64,000 nt of DNA from the NCBI GenBank assembly GCA_026397015.1, contig JAPLVR010000005.1, positions 32,001 through 96,000 of the forward strand, in the 5' to 3' direction. A model generated the notes under the pieces. That model had not been told where the DNA came from and made no database searches. It was given only the letters and a program-made list of their open reading frames with translations. Both the position numbers and the translations under genes were made by a program. Below are positions 8,770-17,016 of the stretch, in pieces (position 1 is the first letter of the stretch; every line of letters begins with the position of its first letter). Source of the stretch: Candidatus Iainarchaeum sp. Its GTDB lineage: Archaea; Iainarchaeota; Iainarchaeia; Iainarchaeales; JAAZKV01.

Positions 8770-11439
8770 ATGGTTACAAATGAGTATGGTGGGAAGAATG
8801 CAAATGCAAAATTCGTTTACATGTTTGAGGAAGGAAAAAAGGAAATGAAAATGCTCCTCGGAGGAAAGGGGGCGAATTTGGCGGAGATGACAAACACTGG
8901 CCTTCCCGTGCCCTACGGTTTCACCATTACCACTGATGTCTGCAAATATTATTATGCCAATAAAAAAACTTACCCTAAAGGTTTGGATGAACAGATTTTG
9001 GTTGCAATTAAAAAAATGGAATCCAAAACCGGGAAAAAATTCGGTGATAAAAAGAATCCGCTGCTTGTTTCTGTGCGCTCTGGTGCTCCCGCTTCGATGC
9101 CCGGAATGATGGACACGATCCTGAATCTTGGAATCAACGATGTTGTTGTAGGAACAATTTCAAAAAAATCGAACAATGAGAGATTTGCTTGGGACGCTTA
9201 CAGAAGATTTATCACAATGTTTGGAAACGTTGTAATGGGAATAAAACATTCAAAGTTTGAAGAAATAATGGATGAGATTAAGCGCAAATACAAGAAGAAA
9301 CTTGATACTGAGTTAAGCGCGGAAATGTTGAAGGAAATGGTTGCGGAGCAAAAGAAACTTTACAAAAAAGAAACAAAAGAAGAATTTCCAACCGAGCCCT
9401 TGAAACAACTTGAAAGATCGATGGGTGCTGTTTTCGAATCGTGGAATACAGAAAGAGCCGTCATCTACAGACGCCTAAATAATGTGCCGAACGATTGGGG
9501 CACCGCAGTTAACGTCCAAGAAATGGTTTTCGGAAATATGGGAAATGATTCAGGAACCGGCGTTGCTTTTACCAGAAACCCTTCAAACGGAGAAAACAAA
9601 TTTTACGGCGAATTCCTGATGAATGCGCAGGGCGAAGACGTTGTAGCCGGAATAAGAACGCCGAAACCGATTCACGAGCTCGGCAAAATTTTGCCAAAGG
9701 CTTACAAGCAATTGGTTGAAATAAGGGGCAGGCTTGAAAAACATTACAAGGACATGCAGGACTTTGAATTTACGATTGAAAATCAGAAACTTTTCATGCT
9801 GCAGACAAGGAACGGAAAGAGAACTGCGCACGCCGCGGTGAAAGTCGCAGTAGATATGGAAAAAGAAAAATTAATTTCAAAAGAAGAAGCTGTTCTAAGA
9901 GTTGATCCTTCCTCTTTAGACCAATTACTTCACAGGCAGTTTGACCCGAAGCACAAATATGCTGCACTAACAGAAGGGCTTCCTGCTTCTCCGGGCGCTG
10001 CTGTTGGAAAAGTTGTTTTCACCGCAGAGCATGCAAAAATGCTTGCGGAGGAAGGGGAAAAAGTTATTTTGGTTCGCATTGAAACCTCGCCAGAAGATAT
10101 TGAGGGAATGCATTCGGCGCAAGGCATTTTAACCGCGCGCGGAGGAATGACTTCTCACGCCGCAGTTGTGGCGCGAGGAATGGGAAAGTGCTGCGTCGCA
10201 GGCGCGGACGAAATTGTGGTTGATGAAAAGGCGAAGCATTTTACCTGCAAAGAAACAGTTGTAAAAGAACTTGATGTTATTTCGCTGAATGGCTCCACAG
10301 GAGAAGTGATTGTGGGAGAATTGCCCACTGTCGAGCCGACCCTTTCTGGCGATTTCGGAACGTTAATGGAATGGGCCGACGGTTTTAGGAAATTGAGGAT
10401 AAGGACGAATGCCGACACGCCGCACGATGCAAAGGTTGCGCGCGGCTTTGGCGCGGAGGGAATCGGCTTGGCGCGAACAGAGCACATGTTTTTTGAGGCG
10501 AGCAGAATAAAGGCCGTGAGAAAAATGATTCTCTCAAAAACTTTGGAGGAAAGAAAAGCGGCGCTTGCGGAAATTGAGCCTTTCCAGCGCGAGGATTTTG
10601 AGGGAATTTTCAAGGAGATGGATGGCCTGCCCGTAATAATAAGAATGCTTGACCCGCCCCTGCACGAATTTTTGCCGAAGGAAGAAAGGGAAATAAACGA
10701 GCTTGCGGATGAGATGGGCATTGAGGCGAAAAAAATCAGGGAAACGATTGAGGCGCTTCATGAATTCAACCCGATGCTCGGTTTCAGGGGTTGCAGGCTT
10801 GCGATTGTTTATCCAGAAATTATGGAGATGCAGGTGCGCGCAATATTTTCCGCCGCCCTTAATGTTCAAAAGAAAGGAATAAAGCCGCTGCCTGAAATCG
10901 AAGTTCCTTTGGCAGGCGCAGTGAAAGAATATGCTCCGCTCCGCGATTTGGTGAAAAAAGTCTCAAAAGAAATCGGCGCGGAAGGAAAAGTGCATTACAA
11001 AGTTGGAACGATGATTGAGGTGCCGCGTGCCGCCCTTACTGCAGAAGAATTTGCGAAGGAAGCGGAGTTCATGTCTTTTGGGACAAATGACTTAACTCAA
11101 ATGACCTGCGGCTTTTCAAGAGACGACGCCGGAAAATTTTTGGGGCCTTATGTCGAGAAAGGAATTTATTTGAGGGATCCTTTCCAAACGATTGACCAGG
11201 AAGGCGTCGGCATGCTGATGAAAATGTGCGTCGAGAAGGCGCGCTCAATAAATCCGAAAATCAATATCGGGATTTGCGGCGAGCACGGTGGCGACCCGGC
11301 CTCGGTCGAATTTTGCCACAGAATCGGAATGGACAACGTCAGCTGTTCCCCTTACAGGGTCCCGATTGCCAGGCTTGCCGCGGCGCAGGCTGTGATAAGG
11401 GAAAAAATTTTGGGAAAAAAGAACGTAAAGAAAAAGTAG
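8770..11439 (+). CDS. ppdK: Pyruvate, phosphate dikinase
   Basis: GGKGANLAEM, LLVSVRSGA, GGMTSHAAVVARG (phospho-His), SFGTNDLTQ. Confidence 0.98.
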   Translation: MVTNEYGGKNANAKFVYMFEEGKKEMKMLLGGKGANLAEMTNTGLPVPYGFTITTDVCKYYYANKKTYPKGLDEQILVAIKKMESKTGKKFGDKKNPLLVSVRSGAPASMPGMMDTILNLGINDVVVGTISKKSNNERFAWDAYRRFITMFGNVVMGIKHSKFEEIMDEIKRKYKKKLDTELSAEMLKEMVAEQKKLYKKETKEEFPTEPLKQLERSMGAVFESWNTERAVIYRRLNNVPNDWGTAVNVQEMVFGNMGNDSGTGVAFTRNPSNGENKFYGEFLMNAQGEDVVAGIRTPKPIHELGKILPKAYKQLVEIRGRLEKHYKDMQDFEFTIENQKLFMLQTRNGKRTAHAAVKVAVDMEKEKLISKEEAVLRVDPSSLDQLLHRQFDPKHKYAALTEGLPASPGAAVGKVVFTAEHAKMLAEEGEKVILVRIETSPEDIEGMHSAQGILTARGGMTSHAAVVARGMGKCCVAGADEIVVDEKAKHFTCKETVVKELDVISLNGSTGEVIVGELPTVEPTLSGDFGTLMEWADGFRKLRIRTNADTPHDAKVARGFGAEGIGLARTEHMFFEASRIKAVRKMILSKTLEERKAALAEIEPFQREDFEGIFKEMDGLPVIIRMLDPPLHEFLPKEEREINELADEMGIEAKKIRETIEALHEFNPMLGFRGCRLAIVYPEIMEMQVRAIFSAALNVQKKGIKPLPEIEVPLAGAVKEYAPLRDLVKKVSKEIGAEGKVHYKVGTMIEVPRAALTAEEFAKEAEFMSFGTNDLTQMTCGFSRDDAGKFLGPYVEKGIYLRDPFQTIDQEGVGMLMKMCVEKARSINPKINIGICGEHGGDPASVEFCHRIGMDNVSCSPYRVPIARLAAAQAVIREKILGKKNVKKK

Positions 11440-11467
11440 TTATACTTCTTTGTCTGCAAATATCTGT

Positions 11468-12067
11468 ATGAATCCGAAGCGGAGGCCTATTTTTGGAAAG
11501 CCGCGGAAGGCGAAAACTTCCATTAATTTGGTCGGCAAAATTATTCCAATTGTCAGGCGCAGGAAGTATCGTTTGCTTGAAAACTCTTTTTCAATGCGGG
11601 ATGCGCTAATAGTCAGGGATGCGATGAAGTACCTTCTCAAAATTGGGGCGAGGGTTCCAACCATCAGTGATATAGGCCTTTTTAAGAATCAGCCAAAAAC
11701 TATTCATGAGGTTGTTAAAATGAATACTTTGCCGAAGGTAATGTCCTATGATTTAATTAGAAGTGTGGCGCCGCAGGCCAGCAAAAAGTGTTTTAGGGCA
11801 GTGGATTTGTTTGCCCATTTTGGGGTGCATTCGCATTTGGGTTTGTTCAGGGAAATGGGTTATCCCGAATTCACGCTTCAATATTTGGAGGGCGAGGGGT
11901 ATCTTGAACACCGGCGGAAGGATTTTGTGATTCCTGCGGAGGAAAGGCTTCTCAAGGACGCGCTGGCAAGCGCCGAAAAAAAATACGGGAGAAAAAAAAT
12001 TGGCGAGTTCAAGAAGCGGTTTGAAATAGTCGAGTTTTACGACCAAATTTCCACCGGTCGTTCCTAA
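11468..12067 (+). CDS. Basic hypothetical protein, paralog 1 of a tandem pair
   Basis: Shares MKY..K.G...PTI..IGLFK..P, MGYPEFTLQ and EKKYG.K blocks with the next ORF; ATG 11468 chosen as start. Confidence 0.7.
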   Translation: MNPKRRPIFGKPRKAKTSINLVGKIIPIVRRRKYRLLENSFSMRDALIVRDAMKYLLKIGARVPTISDIGLFKNQPKTIHEVVKMNTLPKVMSYDLIRSVAPQASKKCFRAVDLFAHFGVHSHLGLFREMGYPEFTLQYLEGEGYLEHRRKDFVIPAEERLLKDALASAEKKYGRKKIGEFKKRFEIVEFYDQISTGRS

Positions 12068-12080
12068 AGAGGTTTTTGTT

Positions 12081-12716
12081 ATGAAAAAAATTTTTAAAGT
12101 CGGGGCGAAAAAAATTTCCATAAAGGTGCGCCAAACAAAATCGAACGCGGCTTCAATAAGAAACGCGGCTTCGAGGAGAATCGCGGCTTTAAGGAGAAAC
12201 AAAATGGTCATTGTTCCGGTTTTGGGGCGCAAAAATTACGGATTGTCTTCAGAAACAGTTGATTTGTTGAAGCGCACAATGAAATATTCAATTAAACTTG
12301 GAATGAAGATGCCTACAATAAAAAATATCGGGCTTTTCAAAGACAATCCGATTACGCATTTTAATATCGCTTCGACTGGAAAGTTTCCGAAACTGATTAA
12401 TCTTCCTGTTTTGTACGAGTTTGCGGAAAAAATGCCTGCGCGTTCTTCAAAAATGGTTCGCATGATTGGCAACATGGAGGATGAACTTCTTAGAGGCCTA
12501 ACCAAAATGGGTTATCCTGAATTTACTTTGCAGAATCTGTTTGACAGGGGCTATTTTGAAAAAAGAAAATCCGGATGGGCGTCTGTTTCGGAAGAGGCTA
12601 TGCTGAAGCAGTCATTGATTGATTTGGAAAAGAAATATGGGAAAAAAGAAGTTGTCAAGCTCAAAAAGAGGCTTGGCATCGGAAAAATATTTGAAGAAAT
12701 TCTGCGAAGCCACTAA
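12081..12716 (+). CDS. Basic hypothetical protein, paralog 2 of a tandem pair
   Basis: Same shared blocks as paralog 1; GAGG RBS. Confidence 0.75.
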   Translation: MKKIFKVGAKKISIKVRQTKSNAASIRNAASRRIAALRRNKMVIVPVLGRKNYGLSSETVDLLKRTMKYSIKLGMKMPTIKNIGLFKDNPITHFNIASTGKFPKLINLPVLYEFAEKMPARSSKMVRMIGNMEDELLRGLTKMGYPEFTLQNLFDRGYFEKRKSGWASVSEEAMLKQSLIDLEKKYGKKEVVKLKKRLGIGKIFEEILRSH

Positions 12717-12727
12717 AAAAAAGTTTC

Positions 12728-12748
12728 GCCGGACCGGAAAGGCCCGGC
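12728..12748. terminator. GC-rich hairpin between convergent genes
   Basis: gccggaccggaaaggcccggc. Confidence 0.4.
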
Positions 12749-12774
12749 TTCAAATAATTTAAATGGAAGAAATT

Positions 12775-12933
12775 TTACTTTCCCGCCAATTTGTTTTTCT
12801 TTACGTATGCCCAGATTCTCTTTGTCATTTCGCTTGGTGCGATTTTTGTTGAGCCGAATACGCTTTCAACGCTGTCTTCACAGCCCTTGAAACATATGGA
12901 GTATCCTCCGAATGCTGCTTTTTTTGCTACCAT
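12775..12933 (-). CDS. 52-aa SWIB/MDM2-like small protein (absent from ORF track)
   Basis: Own translation MVAKKAAFGGYSICFKGCEDSVESVFGSTKIAPSEMTKRIWAYVKKNKLAGK; GGGGGGA RBS; 'EMTKRIWAYVKKNKL' matches the SWIB helix. Confidence 0.7.
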   Translation of the reverse strand: MVAKKAAFGGYSICFKGCEDSVESVFGSTKIAPSEMTKRIWAYVKKNKLAGK

Positions 12934-13050
12934 TTAATCTTCCCCCCTTTGAAAAGTTTTTTTCTAAATTTAGTAAATTAGCTTGTTTATTTAAACTTAA
13001 TCGTTTGGCCGATGCAAACATTTAAACTATATTCTGCAAAACAGTCTTTC

Positions 13051-13106
13051 GGGCAGTGATGAGGTAAATTCCAATAGCCCTTATGGGGTTATAAAATCTG
13101 ATTCTT
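13051..13106 (+). ncRNA. Box C/D-like sRNA 1
   Basis: Box C GTGATGA 13056-13062, box D CTGA 13098-13101, internal hairpin, TTTAAA at 13021; 5' part similar to sRNAs 2 and 3. Confidence 0.55.
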
Positions 13107-13120
13107 CCGTGAAGCAGGGG

Positions 13121-13160
13121 TAAGTAAATTAAGCGAATTTGTTTTTTGGCCGGTCGGAGT
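13121..13160 (+). repeat. 40-bp direct repeat, left copy (34/40 identical to 14500-14539)
   Basis: taagtaaattaagcgaatttgttttttggccggtcggagt. Confidence 0.75.
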
Positions 13161-13278
13161 ATTTTTTAAAAATATTTGTGGGCGCGCCAATTTTCTTTTT
13201 CCACCTCGCATTTATAAAAGATTTCTGCAGGGTCGCGAAATAAATAGCAATAAATACCAGTTATTTATTTTATGCCGT

Positions 13279-13377
13279 GTGAAGCGTCTTCTTATTGTAT
13301 TGTTTTTGCTTGCCTTTCTTGGCACGGTTTTTTCCGCCAATGAGTCTACGGCGGGATTAGGATTTTTAGAAAAATAA
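13279..13377 (+). pseudogene. Signal-peptide-only remnant of a secreted protein gene
   Basis: GTG start, MKRLLIVLFLLAFLGTVFSANESTAGLGFLEK*; frame continues for 13 codons past the TAA. Confidence 0.35.
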
Positions 13378-13462
13378 ATTTTTTCCGAAAAGTGCAATGG
13401 ACTGTTCATTATGGGCTGAACAAGTCTGCCTGATTTCCGGATTCGTGTATAAAAAGTTGGTT

Positions 13463-14290
13463 TTATTTCTTTTTTTTGATAAGTAACGACAGCTGTTTTT
13501 CTATTTTTCTCAGCTTTGTGGAAAGCTGTCTTTCTCTCATTGCGTCTTCATCGAGATAATTTTTCATCTGTTCCGGGCTGTTCAATTTGTCCATGGCTTT
13601 GCTCATGTTGCCCACTATTATTCCGAGGAAAAGGTTCATGATTACCATTGTTGCAATTATTATAAATGAAATAAAATACAATGGGCCGCCTACAGGGTAG
13701 GCCGCATTTGCTGGCACCATTATTGTGTTCCAATTTTCAAGTGTAAGTATCTGAAACATTGTGAACCCCCCTTTCCAAATCGAACCAAAGTGTTCAGGAT
13801 CAGCTGTGTTGAATAATGAAACCCCTATTACGGTGTAAATGTAAATGATTACAAAAAGAAGCAGCGCAACGAATACCACTGAAGAGATGCTTTCAATAAG
13901 CCCCTTAACCACCGGTCTGATATTCGGGAATGCTCTGAAAAGTCTGAATGTCCTTATCACCCTCACCAATCGGAGAACATAAATCGCCTTGTCTTTGAGC
14001 GGGATAAAGCAGGCCAAAACGATTGCAAAATCAAAAAGATTCCAGGAGTCTTTAAAAAAATTAAATGGTTTTTCTTCGGCAAAAATTCTAGTGATTATTT
14101 CAATACAAAAAATGGTAAGAATCGCCCCCTCAAGCAAATTAACGGTTGGGTACCATGGAGAATCTAATGGCATGTTAAGACTGAACCCGACAAGTATTGC
14201 GGAAAAAATGATTACGGAAAGAACTGTGTAATTGAATGCCTTGGAATCAACTATTGGTTTTAACTTTGCCGACAAAGACTTCCTGTTCAT
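13463..14290 (-). CDS. Voltage-gated cation channel (BacNav/NaChBac-like 6TM ion transporter)
   Basis: S3 'WNLFDF', S4 'RLVRVIRTFRLFR', pore 'FQILTLENW', S6 'MNLFLGIIV', C-terminal coiled coil. Confidence 0.92.
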   Translation of the reverse strand: MNRKSLSAKLKPIVDSKAFNYTVLSVIIFSAILVGFSLNMPLDSPWYPTVNLLEGAILTIFCIEIITRIFAEEKPFNFFKDSWNLFDFAIVLACFIPLKDKAIYVLRLVRVIRTFRLFRAFPNIRPVVKGLIESISSVVFVALLLFVIIYIYTVIGVSLFNTADPEHFGSIWKGGFTMFQILTLENWNTIMVPANAAYPVGGPLYFISFIIIATMVIMNLFLGIIVGNMSKAMDKLNSPEQMKNYLDEDAMRERQLSTKLRKIEKQLSLLIKKKK

Positions 14291-14499
14291 GCCGTGTTAA
14301 TTTTGTTTGAAGTTGGTATTAAACCTTTTGGTAGGACAGGATGTTTGCCGTAAACCTTTGGGCATTTCATAGTAAATGCATCTAAACTTGTGTTTTTTCG
14401 TGTTTTGTGGGTTTATCCATTTTTAATAAATTATGTCTGCATAATATATTCAAAAGCCTTTTGGGGTACATTTTTTTTAGTTGTCTTGTTAAGCAGAAT

Positions 14500-14539
14500 T
14501 AAGCAAATTAAACAAATTTGTTTTACGGCCGGTCGGGGT
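14500..14539 (+). repeat. 40-bp direct repeat, right copy
   Basis: taagcaaattaaacaaatttgttttacggccggtcggggt. Confidence 0.75.
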
Positions 14540-14582
14540 GTTTAACAAAGTCCTTTTTATTGTTTTTCCCTCAGTATTATTT

Positions 14583-14654
14583 TGTGTTTTCGTGATGAAG
14601 TAAATCCCTGATGAGCGTAAGCTGTGATTATTTAATCCAACTCTGAAAAACACA
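14583..14654 (+). ncRNA. Box C/D guide sRNA 2
   Basis: Terminal stem TGTGTTTT/AAAACACA, C GTGATGA 14592-98, guide AGTAAATCCCTG, D'-like ATGA, GC-GTAA-GC, C'-like GTGATTA, guide TTTAATCCAACT, D CTGA 14643-46. Confidence 0.8.
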
Positions 14655-14692
14655 TAAGGCTTAAAGAATTAGAGTTTTATAAAAACCTACAA

Positions 14693-14763
14693 GGGTTTTC
14701 GGATTTAATGAAGTAAATCCCTGCGGGGCGGAGGCTGTGACGATTTAATCCAACCCTGAGCCC
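14693..14763 (+). ncRNA. Box C/D guide sRNA 3 (paralog of sRNA 2)
   Basis: C-like TTAATGA, identical guide AGTAAATCCCTG, C'-like GTGACGA, guide TTTAATCCAACC, D CTGA 14756-59; TTTTATAAA ~25 nt upstream. Confidence 0.72.
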
Positions 14764-14812
14764 ATAATTTTTGTTTCAGGCAGTTCATCCGATTAGGGAG
14801 ATTATTTTCGAA

Positions 14813-14920
14813 TTAGCGTTTATTTTCTTCTTGGAGCTTTCGGGCTTTGCTGGCTGAAGGCTTTTCTAAAAAAGTCTTTGGTGTTTTCCCACCAGTAGCG
14901 GAGCCTTCGCTTCTTGCCAT
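14813..14920 (-). CDS. Possible 35-aa basic peptide
   Basis: MARSEGSATGGKTPKTFLEKPSASKARKLQEENKR*, with GTGGGT upstream; no family recognised. Confidence 0.25.
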   Translation of the reverse strand: MARSEGSATGGKTPKTFLEKPSASKARKLQEENKR

Positions 14921-15000
14921 TTGGACCCACGGTGTAATATTTGCGTCTTCTAAACATTCAGATATTGCTGCCTTCGAAATTTAAAAAGCTTTCGCAGGCC

Positions 15001-15753
15001 TCACAAAAACAGTTTTTTAAAACTTATTTCCTGTGCCCTTCCAATTTCCTCGATTGGGATTTTTTTCAATTCCGCGACCTTTGAGACGATGTCCAATAAT
15101 TTGTGCGGGAATGCCTGTTCATTGTTGAAGCGGAAGGGCGAATCCGTTTCAAAGAGCAGGTTTTCAAGCGGAAATCGCGTAATGTCCTTTTGGATTTGGT
15201 TGTTTTCAAGGATTGCGAGTCCGACCGAAACGAAGTAGCCGTTCCCGGCGGCGCGTTTCATGAGCCTTTCCGAATCTACAAACGAATGCAGAACTGCCTT
15301 CTCCGCCTTTTCCGCTTCAAGCGTTTCAAGGACTTGTTTTTGTGCGAATCTTGAATGGATGATGAGCGGTTTTCCGGTTTCGTTTGAAAGTTCGATGAAT
15401 TTCCTAAAAATTTCGATTTGTTTTTTTTGCTGCTCCGCTTTTTTTGCGAATTTGAAATCCAGCCCGACTTCCCCTACTGCAATGGAAGTTTCCTCTTTTA
15501 TTTTCGACTTGAAAAAAGAAAAAGCCTTTTTCAGTTCTTCATCGTTTAGTTCCATCGCTTCCAGCGGGTACAATCCGATAGCCGCTTTTATTTCTGGAAA
15601 CATTTTTGCGAGCGCAAGATTTCTGGCATTTGAGTCGAAGCTCGTGGAGCAGGAAATTATTTGCGAAATATTGTTTTGTTCCGCTTTTTGGAGCGCCTCC
15701 TTCAGCTCCTTTTCGGAGAGCATATCAAGGTGGCAATGGACATCGTAGAACAT
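15001..15753 (-). CDS. tatD: TatD-family nuclease
   Basis: DVHCHLD, AVGEVGLDF, IIHSR, LFETDSP. Confidence 0.93.
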   Translation of the reverse strand: MFYDVHCHLDMLSEKELKEALQKAEQNNISQIISCSTSFDSNARNLALAKMFPEIKAAIGLYPLEAMELNDEELKKAFSFFKSKIKEETSIAVGEVGLDFKFAKKAEQQKKQIEIFRKFIELSNETGKPLIIHSRFAQKQVLETLEAEKAEKAVLHSFVDSERLMKRAAGNGYFVSVGLAILENNQIQKDITRFPLENLLFETDSPFRFNNEQAFPHKLLDIVSKVAELKKIPIEEIGRAQEISFKKLFL

Positions 15754-15840
15754 TTCATCTTCCTCGGCCGATTTTAGGCATATTCGTCAATTAACTTGCA
15801 AAGCAAAACAATAAAAAACTCTTTCAATTCAACCTTCTTT

Positions 15841-16392
15841 ATGCATGTGAAAAAAACACTTATTTTTTCGGCGGTTTTTGCGCTTTTCCTGATTGCGGGG
15901 TGCGTGCAGTTTAAGGAAAATTTTTGCCAGAGCAGCAGCGGCAGTGATGATGTTTGCGGGGAAAAAACCGAAGTTTATTTTTGCCCGGAAGATGATTGTG
16001 CAAACAGGCTGATTGAAAAAATAAATTCCTCGAATGAAACAATCAACATAGCGATTTATTCCTTTACATTGGATTCGGTTGCGGCTTCGCTTGTTGCGGC
16101 AAAGCAGCGCGGCGTGCAGGTCAAGGTTTTGTTTGACGACAGCCAGATTACCGAAAAATCTGAGGATACAACGCTTCTGAACGCGGGAATTCCGGTAAAA
16201 CGGAAAAAGAGTTCCGCTTACATGCACAACAAATTTTGTATAATCGACGGAAAACTTGTCGGAACAGGTTCTTTCAATTATTCGAAGAACGGGCAGACTG
16301 AGAATGACGAAAATTTGATTTTTATTTTGAGCAAAAAAATTGCAGGGCAGTATCAGGATGAGTTTGACGAGCTGTGGCAGGAGACGGATTAA
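15841..16392 (+). CDS. Phospholipase D-family (Nuc-like) nuclease with lipoprotein-type signal
   Basis: HNKFCIIDG..TGSFNYS...NDEN (single HKD); N-terminal hydrophobic stretch ending LIAGC. Confidence 0.88.
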   Translation: MHVKKTLIFSAVFALFLIAGCVQFKENFCQSSSGSDDVCGEKTEVYFCPEDDCANRLIEKINSSNETINIAIYSFTLDSVAASLVAAKQRGVQVKVLFDDSQITEKSEDTTLLNAGIPVKRKKSSAYMHNKFCIIDGKLVGTGSFNYSKNGQTENDENLIFILSKKIAGQYQDEFDELWQETD

Positions 16393-16393
16393 C

Positions 16394-16984
16394 ATGGCGT
16401 GCGGCAAATTGCTTTTCGGGAAAAAGACGGCTGAAGATGCGCGGGAGATTTACGAGCCGCACGAGGACTCATTCCTTTTGGAGGGCGCCATTTTGAGGGA
16501 AAATTTGGCGGGAAAGAAATGCCTCGATTTGGGGTGCGGTTCCGGAATCCAGTCGAAGGCAATGTTCAGGGCGGGCGCGCATGAAGTTTTGGCGGTTGAT
16601 ATCAACAAAGTTGCGCTGAAAGAAACAAAAAGAAACACACATTTTCTTGGACAGCGCCCTAAAACCCTTCGCAGCAATTTATTTTCCAAGGTTAGAAAAA
16701 AATTCGATTTCATAGCCTTCAACCCGCCTTACGTGCCGAGCGAGGCTATTATGTGGAAAGATGTTGACGGCGGCGAGCGCGGAAGGAAAATAATAGACCG
16801 CTTTTTGGCGCAGGTGGAAAAGCACATTAATCCGAAGGGAGTTTTGCTTTTGGTCGTTTCCTCCCTTAATGATGAACGTGAAATTGTCGAAATTTTGCGG
16901 AAAATGAAATTTGAGGTGAGTTTTGCCGCCGGACAGAAGATTTTTTTTGAAACGATTTTTGTGTTGCGGGCGGTCAAAAAATAG
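16394..16984 (+). CDS. HemK2/PrmC-like protein methyltransferase
   Basis: IYEPHEDSFLL, LDLGCGSG, FNPPY, DGGERGR. Confidence 0.88.
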   Translation: MACGKLLFGKKTAEDAREIYEPHEDSFLLEGAILRENLAGKKCLDLGCGSGIQSKAMFRAGAHEVLAVDINKVALKETKRNTHFLGQRPKTLRSNLFSKVRKKFDFIAFNPPYVPSEAIMWKDVDGGERGRKIIDRFLAQVEKHINPKGVLLLVVSSLNDEREIVEILRKMKFEVSFAAGQKIFFETIFVLRAVKK

Positions 16985-17016
16985 ATTTTTTAAGGATTTA
17001 AAAGTGTGTGAATGTT

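Noticed and set aside
12728-12748. SRP RNA helix 8-like hairpin
   Set aside because: Isolated 21-nt hairpin without the GGAA-loop/AGCA context or a surrounding ~300-nt GC-rich RNA.
13212-13409. 65-aa minus-strand ORF downstream of the channel
   Set aside because: Antisense to the signal-peptide remnant; no recognisable features.
13272-14297. 9-bp direct repeat ATGCCGTGT at 13272 and 14289 as a target-site duplication
   Set aside because: Too short to exclude chance, and it overlaps the channel start codon.
14744-14755. sRNA 3 guide pairing with the tRNA-Trp anticodon stem (GGTTGG)
   Set aside because: Only 6 contiguous pairs; too short for a C/D guide duplex.
14583-14763. Tandem Na+/Li+ riboswitch on the minus strand upstream of the channel
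   Set aside because: No match to consensus features I know. It lies ~300 nt from the start codon, and C/D boxes with their own TATA boxes on the plus strand explain it better.
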